Assembly (NCBI GenBank): GCA_023818895.1
Contig: JAMWCX010000001.1
Coordinates: 419,789-451,788, forward strand
Reading direction: 5' to 3'
Length of the DNA: 32,000 nucleotides
Source of the DNA: Candidatus Omnitrophota bacterium
GTDB taxonomy: Bacteria; Omnitrophota; Gorgyraeia; 2-01-FULL-45-10
Positions 1 to 10,068 of the stretch are shown piece by piece. The notes under the pieces are model-generated. The model was not told the origin of the DNA, ran no database searches, and was given only the letters and a program-made list of their open reading frames with translations. A program made the translations under genes and the position numbers. The stretch's first letter is position 1; each line of letters opens with the position of its first letter.

Positions 1-3000
1 GCCTTAGGGAGGACTGCCGGTTCCGCTATTGCTGACAGGCCTTCAGAGCTCACCTCCAGCGCCATTAGATCGGCTACTATGCCACGCAATGTATCCATCG
101 AAATCGCGCCCCTCCTGACATCGATGGGTGACACAAGCCACTTTCTAAGCACGTCTGCTACCAGCTTATTCTTAAGCACGTCTTCATCGCCAGTAAGCGC
201 ACCGAGCGTAATACGCATCTTGTTTCTGATAGTATCGTGATAGACTTGCGGCACTGTTGTCCACAAATCAGGATGGGCCTTGTTGAACGCCTCCATCTCT
301 TCCTCGCTCATAGCGCTTATCTTCTGTCCTTCCACGATAGTCTTCCCATCTTTAGCGATAAGTGCTTCGGCATAAAAATCGACATCAAATCCAACGATAG
401 AGCCGTCATCGCTTTGGCCATAATTATTGCGGAAGTTCAATGCCGAATCCCTGTCAACAATCCCGAGGCGAACCATTGCCTTCTGCATATCATAATATTT
501 ATCTAGGATAGCTCTATCCTCTTTCTCGTAACGATCGAGCTCTTTTTCTAGGCGCTCTATTTCAGCCAAGTCCTGCCGTGTCTCTTCTTTGCCTCTACCG
601 AAACGGCCGAAGACGCCTCTCGACTTGATGTAAGCCTTCCTTTCATCAATCTGTTTTTTTATCTTTTCTTGCTTCTCGCGCAACGGTTCTAATAACTCTG
701 CGAGCGGCTTCACCTTTTGCTGAACCACAGCGTATGGAATACGCACAGTCTCATAAACAGAGTTGCCTTGTTCATCAACAACCAAATTATTGCGCTCATC
801 TCTCTTTTCCAGGTTCAGAACAAGATCTCTAACAATCACAGGCGCAAAGAGTCTACCAAGCTTATTTCTTGCCACTTCATAAGTCTTAGCCACCTGCCAT
901 CTAGCCGCTTCCGATAAACGCAACTCCGCCTCACGCCTCGCTTCTTCCGCCGTCAACCCCTCCCGCACCATGATATCTTTCTGTATTTCAAAGAGTCTCC
1001 TATTTACGGCAGATCTTGCCTCATCCTTGTTCTTAGTGCCTTCGACGAATACATGCATATAATGCGTTGTAACGCCATCTTGCAGCATGCCCCTCCGCGG
1101 AAATTTAACTACGACATCTCCCAAAAGGGGATCTCTATATTCATATGCCTCCATAGTCATGCCGCTTAAACCTACAAGCCTACCTTTCGGGTCGCGTAAA
1201 ACAGTTACAGTCTTATTACTAAGCATATCACGTATCATATCGCCAATACTTACTCCGATTGCGTAAATAACAACATTTGCGAATTTGTCGCTAAGCCCCA
1301 GATTTTTGAGCTGGTCCTTGATCAATTCCTTTTGATCCTCATAGGGCCTGTCTTGCTCTGTATGGCGGTTCAAATATAGATCGATCGCCTTTTGAATGGA
1401 GGCAGCGGGCGGTGCGGCCGCGACCGACGGGGTCGGCCTTAGATTGGATATTTCCTTAACCACGGCTATCTGTAATTTCGCAAATAAAAATTTTTGATCC
1501 ACAGCGGATGCTCGCAATCCCGCGATAGTTTCCTTCATCAAATATGGCATCAGAGCGGCCCAATCCGATAGACCGGCCTTTTGCGCAAAGGCCTTGCGTT
1601 GCGACTCATCTATTAAGTCAAATGGGTTTTTATCTTCATTTACCATCCCGATATTATCCATTACTATCTTCATGATAGCGCTGACAGATTCTTTTCCTTC
1701 CGCGCCCAATTCGGTTCTCGGCGGCAGGATAACCTTTTGAGCCACCTCTACTGGGCCGGGAATCTCATCCATCCCATCCGCTTTCACCGCAGGATCAATC
1801 GATTTAACATCGTATTTTGCGTTGGCCGCCTCGTGTAGTTTATTTCTGAGAATAACCGCTTCGAGAGGATTTTTTCTCATCCATTCCCTAACATTAGCAA
1901 GAGACGCGACTCCTTTAAGGGCCGACTCGGACTTAAGTGCATCAGACCAAAGCCTTATCTCCTCTATCTCGTGGTTCTGGATCGTTTTATTTTGCGCATA
2001 GACTGAATCAATATATACGACACTTCGTCCATATGTATGGCCGAGTCCAATATGGCCGAACTGTCTTGTGTTATCGTATAGCCCATCGATTTTTATGAAC
2101 ACTATTCCGTCGCGCTCAAAGGCCGCTCCGGATTTGATCATACGATCAAGAATAGCTTGCTTTTCAGCGGCAGATCTTTGTGTTATAGCTTCATCATAAA
2201 ATCCGGCGGCCTTTAACCGCTCGGCTATATAGACGCCTGTCTTTTCGTTATCCAGCGCATCCTTAACCATTGCCGAGGCGGACGGCGTCGGCGGTGCAGG
2301 CTTGGCGGCCTCCACGACAGCCACCGGCGGCGCCTTCTCCGCAAGGGCTTTCTGGTACGCGATGGCAGGCAATAACCCCGGCGCCACATCGGCAAGACGG
2401 ACACTTATAGGTTCGGTCCTGCCGGCCACCGAAAGAAGGAGGTCCTCTTTACTAGCACCCAGCTTAACCCCTTTTATATCCCACCCTTCCTTCACGGCCA
2501 TTTCCCGCAACTTTATCGCTGCCTTAAACGCCTCTATACCAGCCCTGCCCCATACCTCCTCGCCAAGAGCGGAAGAGAGCATGCTCGCCACCTGTATAGT
2601 AGAGATGCCGGCGAATATCTCGCGCAAAGACTCGGTAAGGCCTGAGGGAGTTCCGCCCAGGATCTCATAATACGGGCTCTGGTAACCCCGAGGATTCAAG
2701 AAGGATGGAATTATAGACACATAAGCGATGCCGTTTTTTCGGAACAGCTCGCACATATTGTCAGTATGGAAACCCCCTGTTATCAGTATTGTGACACCGT
2801 GCTTGGCCTCTCTTACGACGCTTCCGTCCGCCGATATCATATTGGCCAGAAAAGCCTCATCGCGCCTGAACGAATATTCGTAGAACTCCGCCATCCGCTC
2901 GCGTCTTGAATCAAGCTGATAGATGCCCTTATCCAGAACATTGGTAATCTTATAGAAAGGGGCGTGGCGCTCTATGAAATCCATAAAAGATCGGATGCCG

Positions 3001-4271
3001 AATGCTTCTTCATTAGCCTTATAGTATTTATAATCATTTTGGGTCAGCGTCACCCTGAACATCATCTTCATTATCGCGAAATTCTTCGAAAGCTTTCCAA
3101 GCTGCCTCTGATCTTCGTTCTCGTATAGGGTTCGGCCTATCGCTTCCTGCAATGAATCCACCTCGTCCATGACCTTCAGCTTATTGACTTTTTCATAAAG
3201 GCCTAAGTAACGAATGTAGCGCTCAAGGTTAGGATAATCTTTCATCTCGATATTTAACATTTTCGCCCTGCCGGACAGATATGCGTAAAATTCACTTTGG
3301 GATATCTTATCTTCTTTAAATTCCACCGTAGTCAGGACAAGTTCCTCCATCGCTTTCTTAGAAAGCCTCTTGCGCAGATTTTCTATGAGGGCCTCCCTTT
3401 CGTTGGTGGCCTTCTTGAAATCTATCTCCGCCTCCTCTTTAAGCGCCGCCTCAAGCACCTGCAGATTAGAATAATACCTCATCTCAATACCTTTTTGAGT
3501 CGCCGTCTTAAGAAGATACGAGAGATATTCGCCGAACGTTATATTATCGGCCTTGTACTGTGCATATTTTATGTCGAACTCCAGCAGGTCCTTCGGATAC
3601 ATCTTTATTTTTAGATTGGTAAGCATGAAGCCGAGATCGGCAAGCATCCTTTCATTCTCGGCTTTATGGACGAGCGATGTTGTGTAAACATTTAGATTAT
3701 TGACATAGAGCTTCGCGTCCTCCACTCCCCAGAGCTTAACTTTATCAGGATTATTTATGGCAAAGAATTCCGCGCCGTTCAAAAGGCCGTCCCGCATAAA
3801 GGAGTCGGCGACGCTCTGTCTTATCCGACGGTCATCCATTAATGTAAACGGCGAAAGATCGTAGGGACCAGCGCCTCCTTCAAGATTTATGACGGAAATA
3901 CGATATTCGCTATTCAGATATTCGATTATTCTCGATATAGCTAATTGAGCGCCGTAATTGCAATGGGCGTCCTGTATATGAATAACCGCAGGCCAGCTGC
4001 CGGCCTTTTGGTCAGGCGGGCACCACGCATCTCTTATTGTGCCAAGCTCATGAGGAAGCGCAAAATTACAGGCGATAAATTCCCTAGGAATAGTCGGACT
4101 GTCAGGCCTTTCGGTGCCGGCGATAGTGAGCTCCGAAGGCATGTCGGCGGCCCAGGCTCCTTCGTACCCAAGCATATTAAACAAAAAGGCCACCAGGGTG
4201 ATCGCGCACACTATCACCTTGAATGGCCCTCGTAACACGAAAGTATGGTTATTAGTTCTAGCGCCTGACAT
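1..4271 (-). CDS. Giant membrane-anchored protein of unknown function; N-terminal >=1423 codons only (3' end lies beyond window start)
   Basis: Hand translation of the minus strand from ATG 4271..4269 (GAAGG purine run 9 nt upstream) stays open to position 1. It is absent from the supplied ORF track because no stop codon falls inside the window. The N-terminus MSGARTNNHTFVLRGPFKVIVCAITLVAFLFNMLGY has one hydrophobic span. Motifs: VIHIQDAH (aa 96-103), NLEGG (129-133), FRRDEAFLANM (468-478), ILITGGFHT (495-503). Pro/Ala linkers occur further on (AEKAPPVAVVEAAKPAPPTPS; RPTPSVAAAPPAAS). Confidence 0.75.
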   Translation of the reverse strand, partial: MSGARTNNHTFVLRGPFKVIVCAITLVAFLFNMLGYEGAWAADMPSELTIAGTERPDSPTIPREFIACNFALPHELGTIRDAWCPPDQKAGSWPAVIHIQDAHCNYGAQLAISRIIEYLNSEYRISVINLEGGAGPYDLSPFTLMDDRRIRQSVADSFMRDGLLNGAEFFAINNPDKVKLWGVEDAKLYVNNLNVYTTSLVHKAENERMLADLGFMLTNLKIKMYPKDLLEFDIKYAQYKADNITFGEYLSYLLKTATQKGIEMRYYSNLQVLEAALKEEAEIDFKKATNEREALIENLRKRLSKKAMEELVLTTVEFKEDKISQSEFYAYLSGRAKMLNIEMKDYPNLERYIRYLGLYEKVNKLKVMDEVDSLQEAIGRTLYENEDQRQLGKLSKNFAIMKMMFRVTLTQNDYKYYKANEEAFGIRSFMDFIERHAPFYKITNVLDKGIYQLDSRRERMAEFYEYSFRRDEAFLANMISADGSVVREAKHGVTILITGGFHTDNMCELFRKNGIAYVSIIPSFLNPRGYQSPYYEILGGTPSGLTESLREIFAGISTIQVASMLSSALGEEVWGRAGIEAFKAAIKLREMAVKEGWDIKGVKLGASKEDLLLSVAGRTEPISVRLADVAPGLLPAIAYQKALAEKAPPVAVVEAAKPAPPTPSASAMVKDALDNEKTGVYIAERLKAAGFYDEAITQRSAAEKQAILDRMIKSGAAFERDGIVFIKIDGLYDNTRQFGHIGLGHTYGRSVVYIDSVYAQNKTIQNHEIEEIRLWSDALKSESALKGVASLANVREWMRKNPLEAVILRNKLHEAANAKYDVKSIDPAVKADGMDEIPGPVEVAQKVILPPRTELGAEGKESVSAIMKIVMDNIGMVNEDKNPFDLIDESQRKAFAQKAGLSDWAALMPYLMKETIAGLRASAVDQKFLFAKLQIAVVKEISNLRPTPSVAAAPPAASIQKAIDLYLNRHTEQDRPYEDQKELIKDQLKNLGLSDKFANVVIYAIGVSIGDMIRDMLSNKTVTVLRDPKGRLVGLSGMTMEAYEYRDPLLGDVVVKFPRRGMLQDGVTTHYMHVFVEGTKNKDEARSAVNRRLFEIQKDIMVREGLTAEEARREAELRLSEAARWQVAKTYEVARNKLGRLFAPVIVRDLVLNLEKRDERNNLVVDEQGNSVYETVRIPYAVVQQKVKPLAELLEPLREKQEKIKKQIDERKAYIKSRGVFGRFGRGKEETRQDLAEIERLEKELDRYEKEDRAILDKYYDMQKAMVRLGIVDRDSALNFRNNYGQSDDGSIVGFDVDFYAEALIAKDGKTIVEGQKISAMSEEEMEAFNKAHPDLWTTVPQVYHDTIRNKMRITLGALTGDEDVLKNKLVADVLRKWLVSPIDVRRGAISMDTLRGIVADLMALEVSSEGLSAIAEPAVLPK

Positions 4272-4512
4272 AACTAACAACCTTCTTTCTAAACGGTTTT
4301 TGAATTTCTGAAAGAATGCGTCAAAAAATATACCCGCCTGCCGAAGAATAACTCCTCGCGTTTAAGCAGGTAATTTCCATTCCAAGCACAATGGAATGCT
4401 GGTATATTTTTTCTAGCGTCTATACCTTCATTTATAATTGTACCATATAAACGCGATATGAGAAGAGATTTTTACTTACTTTTTGATATTCTAACATAAA
4501 AGGCAAAAAATA

Positions 4513-5712
4513 TTACTTTTTAAGCATCTTTTTGAATTCTCTGGTAAGAGCTGGAACAATTTCGAATATATCTCCCACGACTCCATATGTAGCAACTTTG
4601 AAAATGGGCGCATCTGGGTCTTTATTAATAGCGACGATGACTTTGGACGACTGCATTCCTATGAGATGCTGTATCTGGCCCGAGATACCGCAGGCGATAT
4701 ATAGCTTGGGGCATACAGTCTTGCCGGTCTGCCCTACCTGGTGCGAATACGGCATCCAGCCGGCATCAACAGCAGCTCTCGAAGAGCCAACCGCACCACC
4801 CAATACTTTGGCGAGCTCTTTTATCATGGCAAAATTCTCCGGCCCTCCCAGCCCGCGGCCGCCAGACACGATAATGTCGGCCTCGGAAAGATTCACAGTT
4901 TCTTCGACCTCTTCCACAATATCGAGAAGACTGGTCCGAGACCTGAGGACGGATGCTGGATACTTCTTCCTGATAATCTCAGCTTTATGGCCCTTATGTA
5001 TCTCCGCCTCTTTCATAACCTTGTGCCGAACAGTCGCCATCTGAGGCCTATGGTTCGGAGTTATAATGGTTGCCATTATATTTCCGCCAAAAGCCGGCCT
5101 GGTCTGAAGAAGAAGCTTGTCCTTCTGGTCTATGTCAAGTCCGGTACAATCTGCGGTAAGGCCTGCGTCTACCTTCACGGCGACTCGCGAAACAAGGCTC
5201 CTGCCGATAACAGTCGCCCCGCAAAGTATTATCTCCGGCTTATATTCCTCTATCAGGCTTACCAGGACTTCGGTATAAGGGTCATCCAAATATGCTTTCA
5301 GCGCGGGATCGTCTACTATATATATCTTGTCTGCGCCCCTCTGGGCGAGTTCGTCTATCTTTGACTCAATGTCATGGCCCAATATGACTGCGCACAACTT
5401 ACAGCCGAGCTTCTTTGCAAGCTTCTTGCCTTCTCCCAGAAGCTCAAACGAGATAGTCTGTATAACTCCTTTCTTCTGCTCACAAAAAACCCAGACATCC
5501 TTGTAGCCTGAAAGGTCCTTAGTGCCTACGGCGTCTTTCCTGAGCTCTATGGCGGCGAATTTACACGCTGGCACACACGCTCCGCAGAAGGTACACTTCG
5601 CCATATCTATGACAGCTTTTTTGTTTGCCATAGTTATCGCGCCAAAAGGACAGGACCTTACACACAGAGTGCAACCGGTGCATTTGTTAAGTATAACGGT
5701 AATCGATGCCAT
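4513..5712 (-). CDS. etfA: Electron transfer flavoprotein alpha subunit with N-terminal 2x[4Fe-4S] ferredoxin domain
   Basis: 399-aa ORF. The first ~60 aa carry CTGCTLCVRSCP and CTFCGACVPACK (two CxxCxxCxxxC motifs). The rest is a typical EtfA body with a C-terminal FAD domain (IACGISGQIQHLIGM...VAINKDPDAPIF). ATG 5712 abuts the etfB stop (TAAATG). Confidence 0.9.
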   Translation of the reverse strand: MASITVILNKCTGCTLCVRSCPFGAITMANKKAVIDMAKCTFCGACVPACKFAAIELRKDAVGTKDLSGYKDVWVFCEQKKGVIQTISFELLGEGKKLAKKLGCKLCAVILGHDIESKIDELAQRGADKIYIVDDPALKAYLDDPYTEVLVSLIEEYKPEIILCGATVIGRSLVSRVAVKVDAGLTADCTGLDIDQKDKLLLQTRPAFGGNIMATIITPNHRPQMATVRHKVMKEAEIHKGHKAEIIRKKYPASVLRSRTSLLDIVEEVEETVNLSEADIIVSGGRGLGGPENFAMIKELAKVLGGAVGSSRAAVDAGWMPYSHQVGQTGKTVCPKLYIACGISGQIQHLIGMQSSKVIVAINKDPDAPIFKVATYGVVGDIFEIVPALTREFKKMLKK

Positions 5713-6495
5713 TTATATCACTATATCCTTTAGGAGCTGAACCAACTCCTGCGATACCTGCGCCGCGTCTCCCTTGATTATCTCCCCGCCTTTTCTCGGC
5801 GGCGGTGTAAATATCCTCACAACGCGTGTCGGTGAGCCATCTAACCCTATAGATTGAGGATCGCAATCTATGTCAGCGGCTGTCCATTTGACTATCTGCG
5901 CCGATTTCGCTCTCATCATCCCTTTAAGCGAAGGCATACGGGGGGTATTTATCTCCTTGACGACGGTAAACAGACACGGCATCGGCGTTTCCAATATATC
6001 ATACCCTTCTTCGGTCATTCGCTCGACGACAGCCTTGCCGTTTTCTATCTTCTCGATCTTTTTGACATACGTGACCTGCGGAATATCGAGATGGGTTGAT
6101 ATGCCCGGCCCGACTTGAGCAGTATCACCGTCCGATGCCTGCTTGCCACATAATATAATATCGAACTCTCCCAGCTTTTTTATTGCGCATGACAACGTAT
6201 AGCTTGTAGCCCATGTATCGGAACCAGCGAATTTCCGGTCGCTTACAAGCACCGCCTCGTCACATCCGACCGATATAGCCTCTCGTAATGCGCTTTCGGC
6301 TTGCGGGGGCCCCATCGTTATAACGGTTACCTTGCCGCCGAAACGCTCCTTTAAGCGCACCCCCTCCTCGATTGCATATACATCGAACGGATTTATTACA
6401 CTCTCAACACCATCGCGTATAAGCGTATTGGTGACAGGGTCGATCTTTACGTCGGTGGTGTTCGGGACCTGTTTAATACATACTATAATATTCAT
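5713..6495 (-). CDS. etfB: Electron transfer flavoprotein beta subunit (bifurcating-type motif)
   Basis: 260-aa ORF with the typical EtfB N-terminus MNIIVCIKQVPN. GKQASDGDTAQVGP at aa 117-130 (DGDTAQVGP = nt 6106..6132, verified by hand). The ATG overlaps the acyl-CoA dehydrogenase stop by 1 nt (TAATG). Confidence 0.9.
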   Translation of the reverse strand: MNIIVCIKQVPNTTDVKIDPVTNTLIRDGVESVINPFDVYAIEEGVRLKERFGGKVTVITMGPPQAESALREAISVGCDEAVLVSDRKFAGSDTWATSYTLSCAIKKLGEFDIILCGKQASDGDTAQVGPGISTHLDIPQVTYVKKIEKIENGKAVVERMTEEGYDILETPMPCLFTVVKEINTPRMPSLKGMMRAKSAQIVKWTAADIDCDPQSIGLDGSPTRVVRIFTPPPRKGGEIIKGDAAQVSQELVQLLKDIVI

Positions 6496-7649
6496 TATTC
6501 GGCTTTGATGCTTTCCTTAATTAGATTAGCCGCGATAACGTTACGCTGTATCTGGTTGGTACCCTCGTATATCTGGGTTATCTTGGCATCCCTCATGTAT
6601 TTTTCCACAGGATAATCCCTCATGTAACCGTAACCGCCGAATATCTGTACCGCGTCGGTCGTTACCTTCATCGCCACATCGCTGGCAAACAATTTTGCCA
6701 TAGAGGATTCTTTGGCGACGTTTTTGGCGCCCGCGTCTATCATGCGAGCGGTCGCGTAAACGAGCGCCCTGGCAGCTTCGATCTGCGTCGCCATATCAGC
6801 CAGCATGTGCTGTATAGCCTGGAAGCTGGATATCGGCTGGCCAAACTGCACCCTCTTTCTGGAATAACTCAAGGCTTCATCGAAAGCGCCCTGCGCGATG
6901 CCGACGGCCTGAGCCGCGACGCCGGGGCGAGAGGAGTCAAACGTCTTCATGGCAACAATGAAACCCATGCCTTCACGCGCTATGACGTTCTCCTTCGGCA
7001 CCTTGCAGTCGGTAAATATAACCTCGCGTGTCGCAGAGGCTCTGATACCGAGTTTTTTCTCCTTCTGGCCAAACTCGACGCCCTTCATACCCTTCTCAAC
7101 TATGAAAGCGGTAGCGCCTCGCGCCCCCTTAGTTTTGTCGGTCATCGCTATTACGGTATAAACATCCGCTTCACCAGCGTTCGTTATCCACTGCTTAGTG
7201 CCATTGAGAATATAATAATCGCCTTCTCTTCTGGCTGTGGTCTTGATAGAGCCCGCATCCGATCCGGCCTCCGCTTCGGTAATACAGAATGCCGCCACAG
7301 TGCCTTTCGCTATCCTTGTAAGGTATTTTTTCTTCTGTTCATCGCTACCGTAAAGAAGTATAGGAAACGTACCGAGACCGGTCCCGGCAAACCCCAAAGC
7401 TATAGCGCCGCATGCCCTGGAAAATTCTTCCGTTACAATGCACATCTCTGTAATTCCGCCACCCAAGCCACCGTATTGTTCCGGTATGTACACGCCAAAA
7501 AGATCGCTTTCCGCTATAATCTTCATTATGTCCCAGGCGAATTCCTCTGACTCGTCGTACTTGGCCGCCACTGGCTTTATCTTTTCCTGGGCTATCTTGC
7601 GGGATAACTCCTGTATCATCTTCTGCTGTTCATTAAATAGGTAGTCCAT
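6495..7649 (-). CDS. Acyl-CoA dehydrogenase (short-chain/butyryl-CoA dehydrogenase-like)
   Basis: 384-aa ORF with ACAD architecture, including the C-terminal catalytic-base context ITQIYEGTNQIQR. GGAGGG SD 6 nt upstream of ATG 7649. Confidence 0.9.
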   Translation of the reverse strand: MDYLFNEQQKMIQELSRKIAQEKIKPVAAKYDESEEFAWDIMKIIAESDLFGVYIPEQYGGLGGGITEMCIVTEEFSRACGAIALGFAGTGLGTFPILLYGSDEQKKKYLTRIAKGTVAAFCITEAEAGSDAGSIKTTARREGDYYILNGTKQWITNAGEADVYTVIAMTDKTKGARGATAFIVEKGMKGVEFGQKEKKLGIRASATREVIFTDCKVPKENVIAREGMGFIVAMKTFDSSRPGVAAQAVGIAQGAFDEALSYSRKRVQFGQPISSFQAIQHMLADMATQIEAARALVYATARMIDAGAKNVAKESSMAKLFASDVAMKVTTDAVQIFGGYGYMRDYPVEKYMRDAKITQIYEGTNQIQRNVIAANLIKESIKAE

Positions 7650-7737
7650 TTAATTCCCTCCGCTTGTAAACCAAAAAGGCGCTAAAGTTACGCAGACACG
7701 CTATATTATAATTTATTTTGCGCTTTTGCGCCTGACA

Positions 7738-8997
7738 CTATGAGAACCTTTTCACAACAAGCGTCGCATTATGCCCGCCGAAACCCAGAGCGTTAGATAC
7801 CGCCACGTTTATCTTCGCGGAACGGGGCTTGTTGGGAACGTAATCGAGGTCGCAATCGGGGTCTGGTGTTTCGTAGTTTATAGTCGGTGGTATTATGCCG
7901 TGCTTTATGGCAAGAGCGCATGCTATCATCTCCACGCCTCCGGCCGCGCCAAGAAGATGGCCGGTGACCGATTTCGTGGAGCTTACAGCCAATTTTCTTG
8001 CATGGCTCCCAAATACCTTCTTTATCGCGAGCGTCTCTATCCTATCATTATATAGGGTAGAAGTGCCATGAGCGTTTATATAATCGACCTCTTCCGGTTT
8101 GACTCCGCCGTCTTTTAGCGAAGCCGCCATGCATCTTATGCCTCCATCCCCCTCCGGGTCGGGAGCGGTCATGTGATAAGCATCCCCGCTCATGCCATAT
8201 CCTACTAATTCACAGTAAATAGGGGCATTCCTTTTTACGGCGTGTTCCATCTCCTCCAACACAATAACACCGGCGCCTTCACCCATGACAAAACCGTCTC
8301 TATTCTTATCAAATGGTCTTGAGGCCTTCTCTGGACAGTCATTATAGGCGGTCGAAAGAGCTTTGAGCGCACAGAAGCCACCAAAGCCCATGTGTGTCAT
8401 TGCCGCCTCAGATCCACCGCATACCATCACATCCGCCTCACCGCGCTGTATTATCCTGAACGCATCCCCTATGGCATGATTACCGGTCGCGCAGGCGGTT
8501 GCTACCGCCGAATTCGGGCCCTTAAGACCGAGCGTTATGGATATCTGGCCGGAAGCCATGTTGACTATCAACATTGGGATAAGAAAAGGCGATATCCTAT
8601 CAGGTCCTTTCTCGTTGCCCAACGCGATATATTGTCTGTGTTCGGCCTCGACAGTGTGTAGTCCACCTATGCCTGAGCCAACCATTACACCTATCTTGGT
8701 ACGGTCTTCCCTATCGAGCTCCAACCTGGAATCGGAAAGCGCCATCTTGGCGGATACGACCGCAAATTGCACGAACCTATCCATCCTCTTGATTTCTTTT
8801 GCGGAAAGATAAGGGGCCGGATCGAAGTCTTTGACTTCGGCCCCTATTTTACATGTGAAGTGTGTGGGGTCAAAACAGGTGAGGCGTCTTACACCGCTTT
8901 TGCCTTCAATTAACGACTTCCAGAAGGTCTCTATGTCATTACCCACAGGGGATACTACGCCGAGACCCGTTACGACAACTCTTCGCTTTTTAAGCAT
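7738..8997 (-). CDS. fabF: 3-oxoacyl-ACP synthase II
   Basis: 419-aa ORF. Active-site Cys context [14 protein letters not shown], His motifs INAHGTST and [12 protein letters not shown]-terminal [11 protein letters not shown]. Confidence 0.95.
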   Translation of the reverse strand: MLKKRRVVVTGLGVVSPVGNDIETFWKSLIEGKSGVRRLTCFDPTHFTCKIGAEVKDFDPAPYLSAKEIKRMDRFVQFAVVSAKMALSDSRLELDREDRTKIGVMVGSGIGGLHTVEAEHRQYIALGNEKGPDRISPFLIPMLIVNMASGQISITLGLKGPNSAVATACATGNHAIGDAFRIIQRGEADVMVCGGSEAAMTHMGFGGFCALKALSTAYNDCPEKASRPFDKNRDGFVMGEGAGVIVLEEMEHAVKRNAPIYCELVGYGMSGDAYHMTAPDPEGDGGIRCMAASLKDGGVKPEEVDYINAHGTSTLYNDRIETLAIKKVFGSHARKLAVSSTKSVTGHLLGAAGGVEMIACALAIKHGIIPPTINYETPDPDCDLDYVPNKPRSAKINVAVSNALGFGGHNATLVVKRFS

Positions 8998-9003
8998 CAG
9001 AGA

Positions 9004-9246
9004 TTATTTGCTGCTGGCTTTCTCTTCGATGTACCTCAGCGCATCTCCGACCGTGGTAAGCTTCTCGGCCTCTTCATCCGGTATCTCTATCCCGAATTCC
9101 TCTTCAAGGGCCATAACAAGCTCAACCGTATCCAGTGAATCTGCTCCCAAATCATCAACAAACTTCGCGTTATCTGTGACTTCCTCTTTCTTAACTCCAA
9201 GCTGATCCGCAATAATCTGCCTGATCTTATCCTGAGATACGTCCAC
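9004..9246 (-). CDS. acpP: Acyl carrier protein
   Basis: 80-aa ORF with the phosphopantetheine-attachment motif [23 protein letters not shown] start preceded by an AGGAGGAGG SD. Confidence 0.95.
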   Translation of the reverse strand: MDVSQDKIRQIIADQLGVKKEEVTDNAKFVDDLGADSLDTVELVMALEEEFGIEIPDEEAEKLTTVGDALRYIEEKASSK

Positions 9247-9299
9247 TTTTTCCTCCTCCTTTTTGGCCTCCGGTCTCCTACCGAACAGCCTTTATAATA

Positions 9300-10040
9300 T
9301 TACATTACCATTCCGCCGTCTACCTGTATAACCTGACCGGTTATATAGGACGACTCATCGCTAGCCAAAAATAATGCGAGATTCGCAACATCCTGAACCG
9401 TCCCGAACCTTCCGAGCGGCACGAACTTGAGCATCTCGCTTTTCACGTTTTCAGGGAGCTTCGCCGTCATATCTGTCTGGATGAATCCTGGGGCGATCGC
9501 GTTAGCCCTCACGTTTCTTGACGCCAACTCCTTAGCAACCGTTTTCGTGAATGCTATAAGACCACCTTTGGAAGCGGCGTAGTTAGCCTGGCCGGCATTG
9601 CCCATTATTCCTATTATAGAGGCCATGTTTACTATACGGCCGCTTCTCTGCTTCATCATTATCTTAGCAGCCGCCTTGGTAAAATTGAAGGCACCCTTCA
9701 GATTGACGGCCAGAACTACATCCCAGTCCGCTTCTGACATCCTGACAAGCAACCCGTCTCTGGTAATGCCGGCGTTGTTAATCAGTATATCGATTTTGCC
9801 AAATTTGTCAAGGCTTTTTTGGGTAAACTCTTCGGCCTGGTCCGCCTTCGTGACATCGACCACGCCTGTCAGGACCTTTCTTCCCAGCGATTCTATTTCT
9901 TTCTGGGTCGCGGCAAGCGTTTCAGCGTTTACATCGCATATGGCTATATCAGCCCCTTCTCTGGCAAAAAGAAGAGCAATCTCCTTGCCTATGCCCCTGG
10001 CGCCACCGGTTATAAGCGCCGCCATGCCTTTTAGCTTCAT
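9300..10040 (-). CDS. fabG: 3-oxoacyl-ACP reductase (SDR)
   Basis: 246-aa ORF with TGGARGIG cofactor motif, NNAG, catalytic YAASK, and the typical FabG C-terminus [12 protein letters not shown]. Sits directly upstream of acpP-fabF. Confidence 0.9.
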   Translation of the reverse strand: MKLKGMAALITGGARGIGKEIALLFAREGADIAICDVNAETLAATQKEIESLGRKVLTGVVDVTKADQAEEFTQKSLDKFGKIDILINNAGITRDGLLVRMSEADWDVVLAVNLKGAFNFTKAAAKIMMKQRSGRIVNMASIIGIMGNAGQANYAASKGGLIAFTKTVAKELASRNVRANAIAPGFIQTDMTAKLPENVKSEMLKFVPLGRFGTVQDVANLALFLASDESSYITGQVIQVDGGMVM

Positions 10041-10068
10041 AATGTCCTTTCTGTTAAAACATCAGCAT

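Noticed and set aside
237-4311. Plus-strand ORFs 237..506, 717..917, 2302..2670, 3297..3614, 3945..4235 and 4114..4311
   Set aside because: All lie antisense to or overlapping the continuous giant minus-strand frame. They have low-complexity or Ser/Pro/Arg-rich shadow-ORF composition, no SD, and no recognisable motifs.
4375-4396. 7-bp hairpin TTCCATT-N8-AATGGAA as the etfA terminator
   Set aside because: It lies ~120 nt downstream of the etfA stop. It has an AT-rich stem and no adjacent U-run on the minus strand. It is reported only as part of the intergenic-region observation.
7650-7737. Promoter or terminator between fabF and the acyl-CoA dehydrogenase (perfect TATAAT at 7710..7705 on the minus strand; GCGC-AAAA-GCGC mini-palindrome)
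   Set aside because: There is no acceptable -35 at 16-18 nt, and the 4-bp palindrome has no following T-run. I cannot decide from sequence whether transcription reads through, so the issue is kept only as a question in the FAS-II/ACAD finding.
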